Positions 38,016 to 52,460 of a stretch of 64,000 nt of DNA are shown here, one piece after another. A program made the position numbers and the translations under genes. Source of the DNA: the human T2T-CHM13v2.0 reference genome, Homo sapiens; NCBI RefSeq assembly GCF_009914755.1, contig NC_060925.1. One strand, given 5' to 3'. The notes beneath the pieces are model-generated. The model had not been told where the DNA came from and did no database searches. It worked only from the letters and a program-made list of their open reading frames with translations. Position 1 is the first letter of the stretch, and every line of letters begins with the position of its first letter.

Positions 38016-40299
38016 CTATGAATAATGCACATTTTTTTAAACAGTAGTTCATTTTCTTTTCTTTGATCTCCTAAGGAATAGTGCATATAAATTAGAAGGC
38101 CACCTGAACTGGTGTAATATCTCCTCTGGAAAAAGAAGCATAGTCTAGAAATTTATAAATGGCTCTGAATATAACTGACCTGAACCCTTGTTACTTAGGA
38201 AGTCTGCCAGAAATATCAAGAAATTAATTGATTATTTTTTCCTGAAAATTATAGGACATGACAATTAAAAGAAAGATTGATCTTAGGTTAAAGCTTTTAA
38301 CACATTAGTTCATCCTGGCTCCCCTAATTTAGAATGTGTACCAGAGAGCAAGACAATCTGTTTGAGGAATGAAAATAATTAATGAGCACCACACATTTGA
38401 AAAATGGCTTCTCTCTTTATGTTTGAAAATACATGTATTATTTCTCAGCAAGCCATAACTGAGTCTGTTTATCCTTGACCAGAGGTAATAATAATAGATA
38501 AGTCTCAGAGAGAAAACTGATCTTTTTTTATTGCTGCATTACTGAGAGGGCTCTTCAGGGACTTTACAAGAGAAATACTGAAATGTTATCAATGACATCA
38601 ATAAAGGACAACTCATACACAATTGAATTAACAATTCTAACATAAATTATTGTCCCTGCATATATTAATATTTCTACTAATAATTATTATTTAAGAAACA
38701 GACTATAAGCGAATACACTAAGACAATAGTGAACTATGGATATGGTATCTCACCTTAGGTAAAAATAATCTTCATGTTTAGAAGTTGTTGACTCGAGCCA
38801 TGTCAAATTCACATTATATAAGAAGATATGCCAATGGAATAGCTACTTTATTGGTAAAAGCAAAACCGAGAGAATTCTTTATATTGGCCCTAAAGTGTTC
38901 AGGGCTCTTTGGACTCAATCCCACTCATTTTTTCATAACCTTTATTCAGCCCTGAGCCTAACCCACAGGAAAGTTTCATTTCTCACCATTTTCATTCTTG
39001 AGAACCAACTGGGTCCCCAAATACATTTGGTAGGGTTTCTAAATGATCACAGAAAGTAATCATTTTTTTCCAGCCCAGGGGTCCTTAACATAGCCTTACA
39101 AATAACTGTTAGAAGTTTGATCTGCCAAAATTTCGCTCAATTCACAGGATTTGCATTGGTCTCATGTCTAGTAAAGAAGGAAAGCACTATGTCTTTCCCA
39201 CATTTTTATTTTTATTCATATTATTATTGGTGAAGAAATAGTCATTTGACCACAAGAAACATCATTAAACACAATAAACATAAGTAGATGGTGTTAGTAG
39301 ATGAATGGTGTTAGCAGATGAACTTCCTATAAGCCATTTTTCTTTTTGCTTCCTCCTCCCTCCTGACAAGCCACAGTGACCATTCAACGATTCAAGTGAG
39401 AGCTGTTGTTCATTTGTCAGTTTCCTCATGGTAGAGACAGATTTATACTGAGTCTTCTACAGTTTTTCCTTTATTCACCTTTATGACTAATGTCACTATT
39501 TGCAGCTAAGAGTGAAAGAAACCAGGAATTGAACACATGATCTCAATCTTATTAGCACTATATACTGAACTACAGCAGCCACTTCATACCTACAAACATT
39601 AAACAGCCTGGCTTGTGACACTGTGTAAACTTATTATAGTATACATGTGGCCACACCACTGACATATTTCCCTGAAATTAAACTGTTATGTCATAGCTCA
39701 TTCAAATATTATCCACAAAAGCATAAACAGTAAGGAAAGAAGGTAAAAGTCTATATATATAGTGAAAAGCAATGGAGGACACTTTCAATTCCAGTGAAAC
39801 ATAATATTTAATATATCCTACTAGTTTTTCTTGAGCCTGAAAAATATGCAGCCAACTGGCCCTGTCCCCATTCACAGTTGTTTATAACTTTCTTAAAAGA
39901 ATGCTTTGGGGTCTAAAATATCTTATAAATCATCTTGGCCTAGAAACAATTTTGCTCAGAAAATTCAATTTAAAACAAAAACCAGAACAGTTTCTGAATT
40001 ACCTGACCACAGGGAAGAAGAAAGCAGTTCAGCTATTTAAAGGTATATATGCAGGGAAACACAATGTTTTTTTAAAGACTAGCATGGCCCAGGAAACAAA
40101 CAACTTGAGTGTGAGCTATACACAGATGAAGTCCAGTAATTCTGATAACATCAAAGAATGTTCATGTTTATTTGGTCCTGTTCTCTCATTTTGAAGATGA
40201 GAAAACTGAGTTACACAGAAGTTAAATTATTCATTCAAGGGACAAACATAATATTACAACTCTGCCTCAAGATGTTTCCATCTTGTAAAACTGTACAGA

Positions 40300-40465
40300 G
40301 AGCATTCAAAAGGGAATAGGAGGCCTGGATTCTATTTCTGGCTTTTCGAACAAGATGAGACCCTAGGCAAAGCACTTAACTGCTCAGTTTCCTCACGTGG
40401 AAACTCTATGTAAGGGTTAGAGCATCTCCAGAGGTCCCTTCCCACTCTAAAGATCTACGGTTCAA
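40300..40465 (+). mobile_element. MIR3/MIR fragment
   Basis: CTCAGTTTCCTCAC...GAGGTCCCTTCCCACTCTAA. Confidence 0.65.
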
Positions 40466-40889
40466 TCACAGAAATTGCTGGGTTGTTTCTTGTTCCTTTA
40501 GTTTGCTTTTCCTTGAGCCTTTAAATGATGCCCTGATCACAACCCTTCTTGTTGATTGCTCACAGGCCTGGATTTGGAAACTTACATGTCTCTCTCTGGC
40601 TTGTTCATTATATATCTCTGCTGTGTTCAATTTTCACTATTATCTTTCCATAATGAAACCTAAATCTTCTTTTACTTCTTCATTCGTTCCATTCAGTTCC
40701 ATACTTCAAAGTGATTTTCCAATGACTCCTTCTAAAGACTAGTTAAATGCTTTCCCTGATCTTCTCAGTTGAAATTGATTATTCTTTTTCTCATCTACAA
40801 TTTCTGAATTTTACCATTCTCTGTAGTTATTGATGTATATGTAGAAATATCCAAGAAGCATGTGTAAAAATGTCCAGTTTTACTTTTAA

Positions 40890-41480
40890 TAAAAGTAATG
40901 CCAATTACAATAAGATGTTATTATTTTACCTCTCAAACATGAAAATATTAGGAAATGATAATATGCAGTACTAGTTGTATGTGCAGAAAAAGCAAAACTT
41001 TCATATTCTGAGAGTATAACTTTAAACCAGCATAGCCTTTTCAGAGGGACAATTTGGCAACACATATCAGAAGGCTTAAAATGTATATCTGATGACCCAG
41101 GAATTCCAATTCAAAGAATCTATCCTAAGGACATAAACAAAGATGTACATAAGAGCAAAGTACATGGATTATCATCACAGCATTATTATATAACTAAATT
41201 GGAAACAAGCTATCTAGCAATAAAATGCTGTTTTAAATTGTGGTGCACTTCTACAAGATACCATTTAGCTATTGAAAATCATGGTCATGAGGCTTGGTTA
41301 ATTACCTAGGAACAAGATAAAATACATTAAAGTAGGAAGGGTGAAAAACAGTATGCAGAAAATGTGTGGAAACATGAAATCTAAATTTTTTAACAGTGAT
41401 TCTTTTTGGATGAATATTATTTTTCTCTTTATTCTGTAATTTGTAAAACTGACAATGAACTTATATTACATAAAAAGAAG
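40890..41480 (+). mobile_element. Old L1M (L1ME-like) 3' fragment
   Basis: GACAATTTGGCAAC...TGACCCAGGAATTCCA...TATCCTAAGG, L1 ORF2 end/3'UTR. Confidence 0.7.
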
Positions 41481-43509
41481 AAGTCAGACTATAAATGTGG
41501 AGAAACATTATGTTCTCCCTGGCAGAGTTTCCTAGTCTCGTCAGCCTGAAGGCTGAGATAAATGCCAGTTGAGAACTCAGAAGTCTGCAGCTTCATTCCT
41601 GTGTCTCTTATGTGTGAGCTTAAGACAAGTCAGATAACTTTTGCCACTCAGTCTCTGTGTCTGTAAAATGATGGGATTGGCAAAGGATGAACTCTTTGAT
41701 ATTCTTACTTTTTCATTACATAATTCCATTAAATACCTAGTTTATGGAAAAATGAGAAAATACAGGAATTATACTCCATATGGAATATAAAACAAAATAA
41801 GTAACAAAAATGTGCAACAAGGAGTTGGTAATAATAGAGAATATTTTGTCCCTAAATCTGATACTGCAGATTTTTATGTATCTTCAAATAAAAAGAAATG
41901 AAAAGATGAACTGCAGAAAAGCCTCGGTTCTCCACTTATACTCTTAGAGGTGGAAAAATTCGAAACGATTGAGTCAGCCCATATGGAAATGCTGGGATGT
42001 TCAACAGAAATTTCAGTGACCCCTGAATAACAGGAGCTGTGATTGCCAGCTCCTTTCTGGTTTGAACTGGAAGTTATAGCTTACACTATTTATGGTGTAA
42101 TGACTCCATACAGATGGGGAAATCAGATCAAGTGGAATCAGAACTTTGGGTTCTAATTAGATCCAGCTGTTCCATGGAAGCTGAATCTTTAGGACTGAAA
42201 ACTAGTAAGAACAAGTTTCACATTTTAAAAAGTACATTGAACCTGTGAAGATATAAATGCAAAAATGACCAATTTTGAAATGTAGACTGCATTTGTCTTA
42301 TTATAAACAAACGCTGTGTTTTTATTGCTGTTCTCAAGAAAAGGCTGTGCAAGTTTTCTCCCTGTTGTTTGCTCATAAGCATACTTGTTTTCTTTTCTTT
42401 TTTGGTCTTGACTATTTCAAGAAAACTTTCTATCCATAAAGCTTTATTCTTTAAGTTGTATTTTTGTAAATTTTGATTAAAATAAATACAATGTCATCAC
42501 CATGTGCTCTAAAATGGAATTGTGATTTTGTAGTATAAAAGAAAAAAATACAATTTTAAAAGTGTCAGCTATTATCTGCTATATGGAGATCTTATTTTGC
42601 TTTGTAATGACTTTGAGGCATCAGCTTTTTCATACTTTTATTTAGGGCAGTAGAATGATAATTAGATAATACATTACTTTGTGCTTTTTTCTGAGGGAGA
42701 TACTAACATTGTTTACCTACCATATACCTAACTCAGTCTCGAAAATACTTTTCTAAAAGCAAAACAAACAGAAACCCATAACTATGTTGAATATAGCTTT
42801 ATCTCTTTTCTTGGCTGATGTACACCATTCTCTAGTATAGTACCTGACACGTATTAGGAACTCAAAGAAAAACTAAGACAAATGAATTTAAAGATATAAA
42901 TATTTGTGATTAGTGAATGAAATGTGAGATGTAAAATATATTTACATGATCAAAGAATAACAGTGACCTATATATGGGGGATTATGCCTTTGCTAAGCTC
43001 CACTTGCTTGTAGAGAGTCTGTTTGGTAGAGTGGATATAACACTTGCATTGATGGGGGGAAATGACTGAAGCTCAATTCCAGGATCAGAATGTTACTTGT
43101 ATGATCTTAAGAAAACTCATTAAATTTTTTTGAATCCAGACTGCTTTTCCACAAAGTATGTATGATGATATCCAGCACACGGGATTGTTTTGAGGTCTGA
43201 GTAAGAAATGCAGAGTCTATAAACAGTATTATATTGAGTTACTGCTCATTGCATGTGCCCATTAAAACCTTGCTTCTCTTCTTTTGCTCCTGTCCTTTGT
43301 TTTATCTTTAATATCTTTCAGCTGCTTTAATTAAAATACTTTTCATTTTATCCAGATAGCTCAACTGTCATTTCTCTCTGAATCCTATTCTGATCCCCCA
43401 ATCATATGTGACTTCAGTATCTTTGTCATGGCATTTATCATATTCTATCCTGTACATGTTGAACTCACTTATGAATGTATATATCCTGTATATTAGTATA
43501 TTTAATATT

Positions 43510-43930
43510 AATAATAACAACAACAGCAGCAGCATAAGCAGCAGCTAATATCAACTAAACACTTACTAGGTGCCAAGTACCTCACTAAGTATTTTTCATA
43601 CGTTATTGAATCCTTACAATTTTATAAGGTGCCAGTATTACTTTTGTTTCAACTTTCCATACTGAAATTTATGTTACCCAACAAGTGAATAATTCCCTGT
43701 AAATTTCTTGAGTGTGCTTACTAAATTCCAGGAATTATACTAAATGTTTTATGCCAACTCTTTTGCTTCAAGTATGTAATAATTTTATGAGGTGGGATTT
43801 ATTTGTATTTTACAACTAGAGAAACTAAGGCTCAGAAAGGATAAGCAACATACCCATAAAACCCATAAATGAGCATATTAAAAACCAAGATATGCCCAAT
43901 TCCAATCCTAAAATCTGCATTCTTCCATTA
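43510..43930 (-). mobile_element. MIR fragments
   Basis: ACACTTACTAGGTGCCAAG; GAAACTAAGGCTCAGAAAGG. Confidence 0.65.
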
Positions 43931-44162
43931 TCCAAAAACAGCAATGTCTATTTCTGCCAATTGCTTGAGAAATACTTCTTTAAAAAGCTGCATTACTTCT
44001 CACACAATTATTTGCATGATGTCATAATATTAATCTTTATCATTTTTTTACACTATCAATTACTCAGTCTTTGGTAAAAAGTAATTTGGTTAGCTATTTT
44101 AGTTTGTAAACTGAATAAAATGTTTTCTGGTTAATTCCAGTCTTTTTTCTCATTTTTTAAAC

Positions 44163-44660
44163 CAGAAGTCAGCAACATGGTCAAATCTAGCCATCTACGT
44201 TTATAAATAAAGTTATATGGAAACGCAGCACAGCCATTTTTTATAGACATATATGGCTACTTATATACTACAATATTAGCATTGAGTAGTTACTACAGAC
44301 ACCATAGGGCCAACAAAGCCTAAAATATTTACTATTTTGCCCATTATAGAAAAAGCTGGCCCGGTGTGGTGGCTCACGCGTATAGCACTTTGGGAGACTG
44401 AGGCCGGTGGATCGCTTGAGCCCAGGCGTTCGAGACCAGCCTGGACAACATGGTGAAACTCAGCCTCTACCAAAATTCTAAAATTAACCAGGTGTGGTGG
44501 TGTGCGCTGTAGTCCAAGCTACATGAAGGGCTGAGGTGGGAGGATCGTTTGAGCCCAGTAGGTGGAGGTTGCAATGAGCAGAGATCATACTACTGCATTC
44601 CAGGCTGGGTGAGAGAGTGAGATCTCATCTCAGAAAAAAAAAAAAGTTTGCCACCCCCTG
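44163..44660 (+). mobile_element. MER58A (hAT-Charlie) split by an AluJ
   Basis: CAGAAGTCAGCAA...AATAAAGTT...AAAGCCTAAAATATTTACTAT...[Alu]...TTTGCCACCCCCTG; degenerate TSD TTTTAAAC/TTCTAAAT. Confidence 0.8.
44358..44645 (+). mobile_element. AluJ SINE
   Basis: J-type GGATCGCTTGAGCCCAGG and GAGGTGGGAGGATCG. Confidence 0.92.
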
Positions 44661-45765
44661 TTCTAAATAATCTTGGGTTCTTTTTTATGGTCTTATTGTT
44701 GGTAAATTATTTTCTTCTCTTTGCACTTAATATTTGAAATCATCTTGTCAGACACAGGTATTCACTGACTCATTGACCTCCCTGCCCCCATTTCAAAGTA
44801 CATTCACTGATGCTAGGTCTGAGAACTCAAAGCTCTGACTTAGTTAATGCTTACAAATATTTTGTTTTCTTCACTTTTTTTGTATTTAAAATTCAAATGT
44901 TTTTCAGGCACATAATTCATTAAAATTTTAATAAAGGGATGAAGGAAGAAAGAGAAAATGGTGACTGTAAACAGTCTATGAATCTATACCTCTTTACTCT
45001 CCTTTTAATCTACAGTCTTTAATTTAACTAAAATACTTGTTGGAATATTTATGAAGACATATACACATACTTAGAAAACATGAAGCAATTTAAAATATTT
45101 CAAAATAGCCTAATATTCATGTGCACAAACTTTTCTTTTCTAAAACTGAAAAATTACGTCAACAACTTAAAAAGCTTTCCATTTCAGAAATTCTTAGCCA
45201 ACTCTGTGTATGAAATGGGAGTTCTTTTTCCACCTCATTCTTTTTACGTTGCTTGCTTATTTCTTTGTATTAGATTGAGGTCTTTGATTTTCATTTATTG
45301 TGTTTTTTTAATCAATTGACTGTACACCCTTATCTGATTACTAGTCATTATTGTTCTAGTCTATCTGAATTTACAAAATAAGTAATATTCATTAAAGGTA
45401 GATATTTATCACTGGATAAAAAGCAACATCTTTGTATGCCATGCATGTTACTATTACTTCTATGACCATCACAGCTACTGCTTCTGTTGATGCTGGCATG
45501 CCCAGGTACCGTGCTATGGCTTTATGTGTGATTTTTTTTTATCATGAACATTTCAAGATATATATTAATATTTTTCATTTGAGAGACAGCAAACCTGGAA
45601 GTCTAAGATCTTTAATAAATTGCCAAGTTCACACAGCTGAAACACAGCAAAGTCACTTTCAAAACCCATGGTTTCAGGCTCCAAAGTCCTATTCTTTCCA
45701 CTTCATGACACCTCAGATAACTCTCTTTGTTATGAGGAAACAATCATTATATAAATATGGCTGTG

Positions 45766-46298
45766 TATTATTCAAACTTAAAAGAGATGAGCTATGAAGG
45801 TATAAAAAGATGGGGAGGAACCTTCAAGTCATATTGATAAGCGAAAGAAGCCAGTCTGTAAAGGCTACATACTGTTATGATTCAAATTATAAGATAAGAA
45901 CTTCTGGAAAAGGATAAACTATGGAGTCAGCAAAAAGTAAGTAACTGTCAGGGGCTCAGGGCCGGGTGTAGGGAAAGAACAGGTGGAATGTAGAGTATTT
46001 TAAGGCAACAAAACTATTCTGTATCATACTGTAATGATATATGACATTATGCATTTGTCCAAACCTGTATTATATACAATACCAAGAGTGAACCTAATAC
46101 TTGATTAATATTAATGCGCCAATATTGTTTGATCAATTGTTGCAAATATACTACATGAAGACAAAATATTAATAATACCGAAAGCTAGGGGTTGGAAGTA
46201 GAGGGAGCATATGAAGACTCTGTATACTTCTTGCACAATATTTTTTTCCTAAAGCTGCAACTGCTCAGAAAATAAAATATGTTCAAAATAAATAAACC
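45766..46298 (+). mobile_element. Old L1M (L1MC/MB-like) 3' end
   Basis: GAAAGAAGCCAGTCTGTAAAGGCTACATACTG; ends AAAATAAAAT; flanked by ATAAATATGG(C/T)TGTG direct repeats. Confidence 0.8.
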
Positions 46299-48096
46299 AT
46301 AAATATGGTTGTGACTTAACTCACATTGATATCCTTCATCTATTATGGGTTTTTGGAAAGTGAATATTCTGTACCCTGAACATATTCATTGGGGTGTGGA
46401 AAGGCAGTGCCAGTGATAAGATAGAACACAAGATTTATCATAGGTTAATATCAAATAGGTCAAGTGATAGATAATTTATGAAATCATTCTGACAGAAATG
46501 ACAAGTGATACTTTTTAAAACAAGTGGATACATTCTACAAATAAATAAAGTTTTGACATTATGGGTTGCTAGTTTTCAATGAATACATAAATTTGGGAGG
46601 TCTGTCTAATATACAGCTTTAATCATGGAATACTAAATATTTTCCCACTGAGAAAAAAAGTTCCCTGGATAAATAGTGATTAAAAAGGCAACACATTTTG
46701 TATTGTGAGAGTCACTGGTGAATTTGAAGTGAAATCACCCATCAGAGCCAATGTATATACATTTGAATTTTGTGTTTGTCAGTTGAAATTTCAGTTCTGT
46801 TTTTGGCCACGTCCAATTGAAACTCCTCCTGTGGAATAAAAACTACACAGTTTTAATTCCATTTAAAGAAGAACTTATTAAGTATGCTTGTATTCATTTA
46901 TTCAAGGAGATTTTATTGAGTATCTTTATTTTGGCAGAGTCTAGAACTAATTGCTGCGGAGGAAGGTCTAAAAGAAATTATATTTGTGTTCTGAACCATT
47001 AAGAAGCTTACAAAAATGTTAAAGAGCTATCTCAAGCAAGAAAAATGATAGAATATTCCAGAAAAGTGTATTTTAGAGAAGTGATCAAACCACATGTATG
47101 AAATAGTCAGGGATACCTATGAAAATGACACCATTTATACCTAAAGCCTTCAGATAGAGTAAAAAATAGACTCCTTATATAAAAATTACATGGACACATT
47201 TACACACAAATATTTGCATCCAATTTTAGGACATTTGTGAACTGCCTTTCTTCCTACAGTGAATGCTCCTTTAGTACTGGGAATTCCCTAGCATTAATAT
47301 AAACAAATGCAGAATAAAAATTTTGCAGGAGGCAGAAATCAGTACCTAATCACAAAACCAACATCCTAAAGGATGGAAGTATCTAGTGAAGCACCAATTC
47401 TTGTTTTGTGACATATATTACTTGATGAGGGTGGGTTGCAGGGGAATAGATAGAATGGTAAACAAGACAGACCTGTCCTTGTTCTCACAGAGTTCTATAG
47501 GTACTCAGAATCACAGTCTAGAAGATACTGAGAAGTTTATTATGCAAATGATTGTCTCATTTGAGTTGTGAAAGGCATCACAGAGGGAAAGTAGCAGTTG
47601 CCACAACGGTCTATTAGAGGGCATCGTGACTTAATCCAATGCCAAGGTCTTCTAAACAGTCACCCTAGAAAGCTTCTGCTTAGTAACAATAAGTGTCATT
47701 GTTATTAGCCAGATTCACATTATTACCTTTTTAAAGTGGCTAATCTATGTTGAATTCTATGGTAACAGCTCTCTGCATTTTATTAACCCTGCAAACAACC
47801 TCATAGAATATCCCATTTATAACTGAAGAAAATGAAGCTTGCCCAACTTCAGAGTATTTAAGAGCCAGAAATGAGTTCTTACTTGGGCATAATTGATCCC
47901 AAACTTTATCCCCACAGCCCACTTCCCAATCTGCACTGTTAGTTTTAAGTATCAGACGCAGTGACATAAAAATGGGGTCATTATCATTAAACTCTCATGA
48001 CGTAGTAAAGAAAGCAGAATTTTCCGTTAGAAGGAAAGACAGTTCTGATGGCCCCTATTCTCCTTCTAACAGGAAAGAATCCCTTAACATTTCTGA

Positions 48097-48466
<370 letters not shown>

Positions 48467-51090
48467 TTTACATTGTTAAAATTATGAAAACTTTTATTGT
48501 TGAGCTTCTATAGACCTGACACAAGGGGAACTCTCCTCATAAAAGAGAGAATTTGGTGTTCTATATCTATGGATAATTTAAGTAAAACCTTCAGAGTCTT
48601 AATTACCTGGATGCATCTTGTTAGGCTCTGGGATATTTTGATTTCGTTTTTCTAAATAATTGCAACATATCTCTAATTCATTTAACACATGGGTTGGGTG
48701 TCCCAAAATTGGCCCAAAGGTCATAATATTGCAGCATGGATATCTAATAATACTGTTTGGCTTCAAAAATAATAGCCAGGATTTGTCACATGGAATAAAG
48801 AAAGATGCAAGAGTATTGAGCAAGGAACCCCATGGACCACTGTAGTTTGATAAAGGAAATCTGAAACAGCAGTCCACAAAGAATGTCTTGAAATAGCTTT
48901 ACACTCAGACAGTGAATCACAGTAGTATAAAGAACTAGTGAATTCTTTAAAAGGCAAACAAAACCTCATGTTTCTTCACAGGAACCATCTCTGGGAATGG
49001 GCTCTAACAATGGTTCAAAGGGATTCTGTCTCGACCTTTACAAAAAATGTAATAAGTGTTGGAAAAAAGGCTCAAGATCAAGAATAAAATAAAATTCTCT
49101 GTGAAACATCACTTCTTTGGGGAATTAAATTCTCATGTTTGTCTCTAAACATCACACTAATAAATAACATGAATGCTCACTTTTTCATTGCTTTATGTCC
49201 CTATGAAACCAAATCGGAAGTCACAAAGATGCTCCAAAGTTTGGTTACTATATTTAGAAAGAAACATTTAGTTTTTTTCTCATTAGAAATATCCAACATG
49301 AAGAAACTAATTTAGAAACAAAAAAATCATTCAGGAAAGCATATTTTAATAATGGCAAACATAAAAGGCAAGGAAACATTGGGGTCTGGCAGGAGAAGGC
49401 AGCAGATGCCAACAAGTAGGAAAACAAACTTACAAAGAGCAGGCTGGGGACGCTAGCCATGAACTTTACATATGCCAGTTTTGATGGTTTGATCCTCCCT
49501 GGTGACTGCCCTCCTTTGATAATAGATAATGAGGAAAAAGTTTGTTACAACAAACTATTTGCAATACTTAACTAGTGCTTTCTTTCATAATACAGAAAAG
49601 AAATGTTTTCAAAATCTGTAGCTAGATTTGGAAGTAAATTAATAACTATAGCAGCACAGCAGCAAAACTGTATATTCTAGTACTCTTTCATAGTAACATT
49701 AACCTAAACAGTTTTAGTGACTTGTCCAAAATCCCACTGCTAAACATTCTTTTTTTCTCTCTGCCAAATGACTTATCTTTTTAATAATAATTCAAATGTC
49801 ATCTCCTTCCATGATCCCTGCACAGCTCCAGCCAAACATAATTAATTGCCTCTTGCTCTATGCATTCAAAATATCATAAGCATATCTGTATTATGTTGAA
49901 AGTTGTTTTTACAATCTCTTACACTATATTAGAGAGTGAGCTCCTTGGGGCAGGAATTGTTCATTTATCACTAAATCCAAAATACTCAGCATAGTGTGTG
50001 ACGTATAGCAATTGCCATAAGTTAAGGTTTTGTTTGTTTATTTGTTTAGGGAAAAATTGATGTATGATTATATTCTAAATAAAATGAGCTTCTTTCTGTT
50101 ATCTAGATGTTTTATTATTTATTCATTAATTTGGCAATAACTATTGTCGTCCTTGGTTAGAAATAAACTACATTTTTTTTTTAACTGGTCCAAAGAATCC
50201 AGAAATCCACATTTTCAAGTCTGTGCCAGAATTATTTGCAAAGGTGCCAGATTTCTCAATTGCTTAATACGGGCCATGTGTTAAAGAACTGCTGAGTTGT
50301 TTATTACGGCAAATGGTGTCTATTGCACTTTCATCTCATGCATGTAATTTCTTTTTCTTCTGGGTGGGACATTTTTAACATGAAGACCCTGATTAAAAGT
50401 AGGTGTGTTTAAAAGTTAAATAAAGTAATACTAATAGACAATTAGAAAAGGGTACAAATAAAATTAAACAGAGTTTCTGAAAGTATATACCCTTATCTTA
50501 GATATTTTAAAATAACTTTGGAGATCTTGTTGAGGAACTGCAGACTGCAGTCCTTCTTAGAATTTTTAGAATTTCTTAGAATTTTTATACTTGACAGTTA
50601 TGTAAAAACATTATTGTAGGTCACAAAACTATTATTCAAACTAATTGTTGAGTAAAACTAAAATGTGAAGTAAGGAGTTTCAGTTGAAAAGGAAATACTT
50701 AAAGGTCTTGATTATTATTTTTGTGTCATAACTGTTTAGATTATTAAATCTTGGATTTTCTGTAATATGCTTGACCCAATGTGATAAGACATCATTGGAG
50801 GAAGCAGACCTCATGGAAAGACCATTGGGTTGAGGTAGAAAGACTTTTACTGAAGTGCAGCTTTCTTACTAGTTCTTTAACCCTAGTCAAGTACTTAACT
50901 TCTCTGAGACTGGATTACAAACTGCTTTGAATCTTCAGAGGTTTTTGATTTTTTAATCTTCAGGGTTATTTGAGCAATGCAACCATAAAGAGTTAAGCCA
51001 ATTGTGTGTTGTACAGAGGCCAAGAAAAAGAACAAACAGGCTTGAAACTCAGACCGCTCTTCAATAGCCAAATTGTGAGTACTGATGTTG

Positions 51091-52268
51091 AACTCCCCAA
51101 TATGGATTACTCTTAAGTGTAAAACACAAAACTGTAAAAACTCTGGAAGACAACCTAGGCAATACCATACTGGACATAGGGGTGGGCAAAGATTTCATGA
51201 CAAAGACACCAAAAGCAATCACAAACAAAAGCAAAAACTGACAAGTGGGATTTAATTAGACCTAAGATCTTCTATAGAGCAAAAGAAACTATCAATAGAG
51301 TAAACAGCCAACCTACTGAATGAAATAAAATATTTGCAAACTATGATCTGACAGAGGTCTACAATCGAGCATCTATAAGAAACTTAAATTTACAAGAGAA
51401 GAACAAACAACCCCACTAAAAGGTGGGCAAAGGATATGAACAGATACTTCTTGAAAGAAGACATGCATGTGGCAAACAAGCATATGGAAAAAAGCTAAAT
51501 CTCACTGATCATTAGAGAAAGGCAAATCAAAACCACAATGAGATGCCATCTCAAACCAGTCAGATGGCTATTATCAAAAAGTTAAAAAATAACAGATGCT
51601 GATGATGTTGTGGAGAAAAGGGAACACTTATACACTCTTTGTGGGAGTGTAAATTAGTTCAACCATTGTGGAAAGCAGTATGGTGATTCCTTAAAGAGCT
51701 AAAACCACAACTACCATTCGACCCAGTAATCCCATTACTGGGTATATACCCAGAAGAATATAAATCATTTTACCATAAAGACACATGCACATGAATGTTC
51801 ATAGCAGTACTATTTGCAATAGCAAAGATATGGAATCAATGTAAATGTTGATCAATAGCAGATTGGATAAAGAAAATGTGGCACATAATATCATGGAACA
51901 CTATGCAGTCATAAAAAAAGAACGAGATCATGTCTTTTGCAGAAACATGGATGAAGCTGGAGGCTATTATCCTTAGCAAACTAATGCAGGAACAGAAAAC
52001 CAAATACCACATGTTCTTACTTGTAAGTGAGAGCTAAATGATAAGAACTTATGAACACAAAGAAGGAAACAACACACATTGGGGTCTGCTTGAGAGGGGA
52101 GGGTGAGAGAAGGGAGAAAAGCAGAAAAGATAGCTATTGGATACTGAACTTAATACCTGGGTGATGAAATCATATGTACAACAAGCCCCTGTGACACGTG
52201 TTTACCTATATAACAAACATTCACATGTACCCCTAAATATAAAATAAAAGTTTAAAAAAGAAAAAAAA
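51091..52268 (+). mobile_element. Older L1PA (about PA13-16) 3' fragment
   Basis: ORF2 C-terminal and 3'UTR sequence ending AAATAAAAGTTTAAAAAAGAAAAAAA. Confidence 0.92.
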
Positions 52269-52460
52269 GTCTCTTTACAGAGTTTTATATCCTCAGGGCT
52301 GCAACTGCTCATAGAAAGTATGTTTTTGTAATTCATTCAATGTGTTCACATAAGCTAGATGAGGCTCTGATTCTGAAAACAAAAACAGAAACAAAACCAC
52401 AAACCATAGCTGTGGAATTCTACACATATCTAACAGATTACTAATTTTGAACATCTTGGC

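Noticed and set aside
39288-39321. 17-bp imperfect tandem duplication (similar short ones at ~876-905 and ~50555-50586)
   Set aside because: Ordinary slippage-type duplications with no further structure.
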